Positions 63,764-64,000 of a DNA stretch of 64,000 bases are shown here, in pieces (within the stretch, counting starts at the first letter, position 1; each line of letters starts with the position of its first letter). This DNA comes from an uncultured delta proteobacterium (GTDB taxonomy: Bacteria; Myxococcota_A; UBA9160; SMWR01). The notes below the pieces were generated by a model, which saw only the letters and a program-made list of their open reading frames with translations, searched no databases and was not told the origin of the DNA. The DNA is taken from positions 256,001 to 320,000 of the forward strand of contig CAWHTE010000007.1 in the NCBI GenBank assembly GCA_963832165.1, read 5' to 3'. The position numbers and the translations under genes are program-made.

Positions 63764-64000
63764 GTGTACGGTGGACGCGGGTATCGGCCGTCAGGCGGCA
63801 CAGGGACAGGCATGGGATTCGGGCCGCCATTCACGCCGCCGATCGTCAAGCAACTGTTGATCACGATCGCGTGCGTCTTCCTCGCGCAGAATCTCGCGCC
63901 CGGGGTCGGCTCGCTGCTCGCCGTGCGACCCGAGGATGTCTGGCAACGCGGCTACTTCTGGGAGCCGTTCACCTACATGTGGCTGCACAGCGGGCTCGGC
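63764..64000 (+). CDS. Rhomboid family intramembrane protease (N-terminal part, truncated by window; not in ORF track)
   Basis: Own translation MYGGRGY...TPPIVKQLLI...WEPFTYMWLH matches the rhomboid L1 loop motif. Confidence 0.8.
   Translation, partial: MYGGRGYRPSGGTGTGMGFGPPFTPPIVKQLLITIACVFLAQNLAPGVGSLLAVRPEDVWQRGYFWEPFTYMWLHSGLG

Overview
High-GC bacterial chromosomal window. Gene content suggests a deltaproteobacterial/Myxococcota-like lineage (inference). From left to right: (1) a giant RTX/beta-helix adhesin-like gene that runs off the left edge and is broken by probable indel errors, plus its type I secretion ABC and MFP genes; these sit downstream of a catalytically degenerate, FimB-sized tyrosine recombinase, which has an array of four 28-bp 11-6-11 pseudo-palindromic sites between it and a divergent glycosyltransferase + FkbM methyltransferase pair; (2) lepB, GFA and SnoaL genes, then a partial complex I operon nuoA-E-F-G-H-J-K-L-M-N lacking nuoB/C/D/I; (3) feoAB with a Fur-like box; (4) two alkaline-phosphatase-superfamily genes flanked by two small proteins ending in an LxxLGY motif, possibly continuing 13 kb later as a membrane protein + sulfotransferase pair; (5) a probable beta-1,2-glucan catabolic locus (GH94 phosphorylase, discoidin-glycosidase, phosphoketolase, Pgm, SbmA/YddA-like ABC transporter with a degenerate ATPase site); (6) a plant-type cystathionine gamma-synthase behind a SAM-II-like riboswitch; (7) CHASE2 cyclase, DUF928-like protein, ogt, a sigma54 regulator, a basic histone-like protein, gshB, PBP1A, RimK-TrkA-C, hydrolases and a truncated rhomboid. 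Apparently leaderless starts and overlapping bidirectional -10 boxes recur. No rRNA, tRNA or CRISPR array was seen. All family calls come from motif recognition, not database searches.
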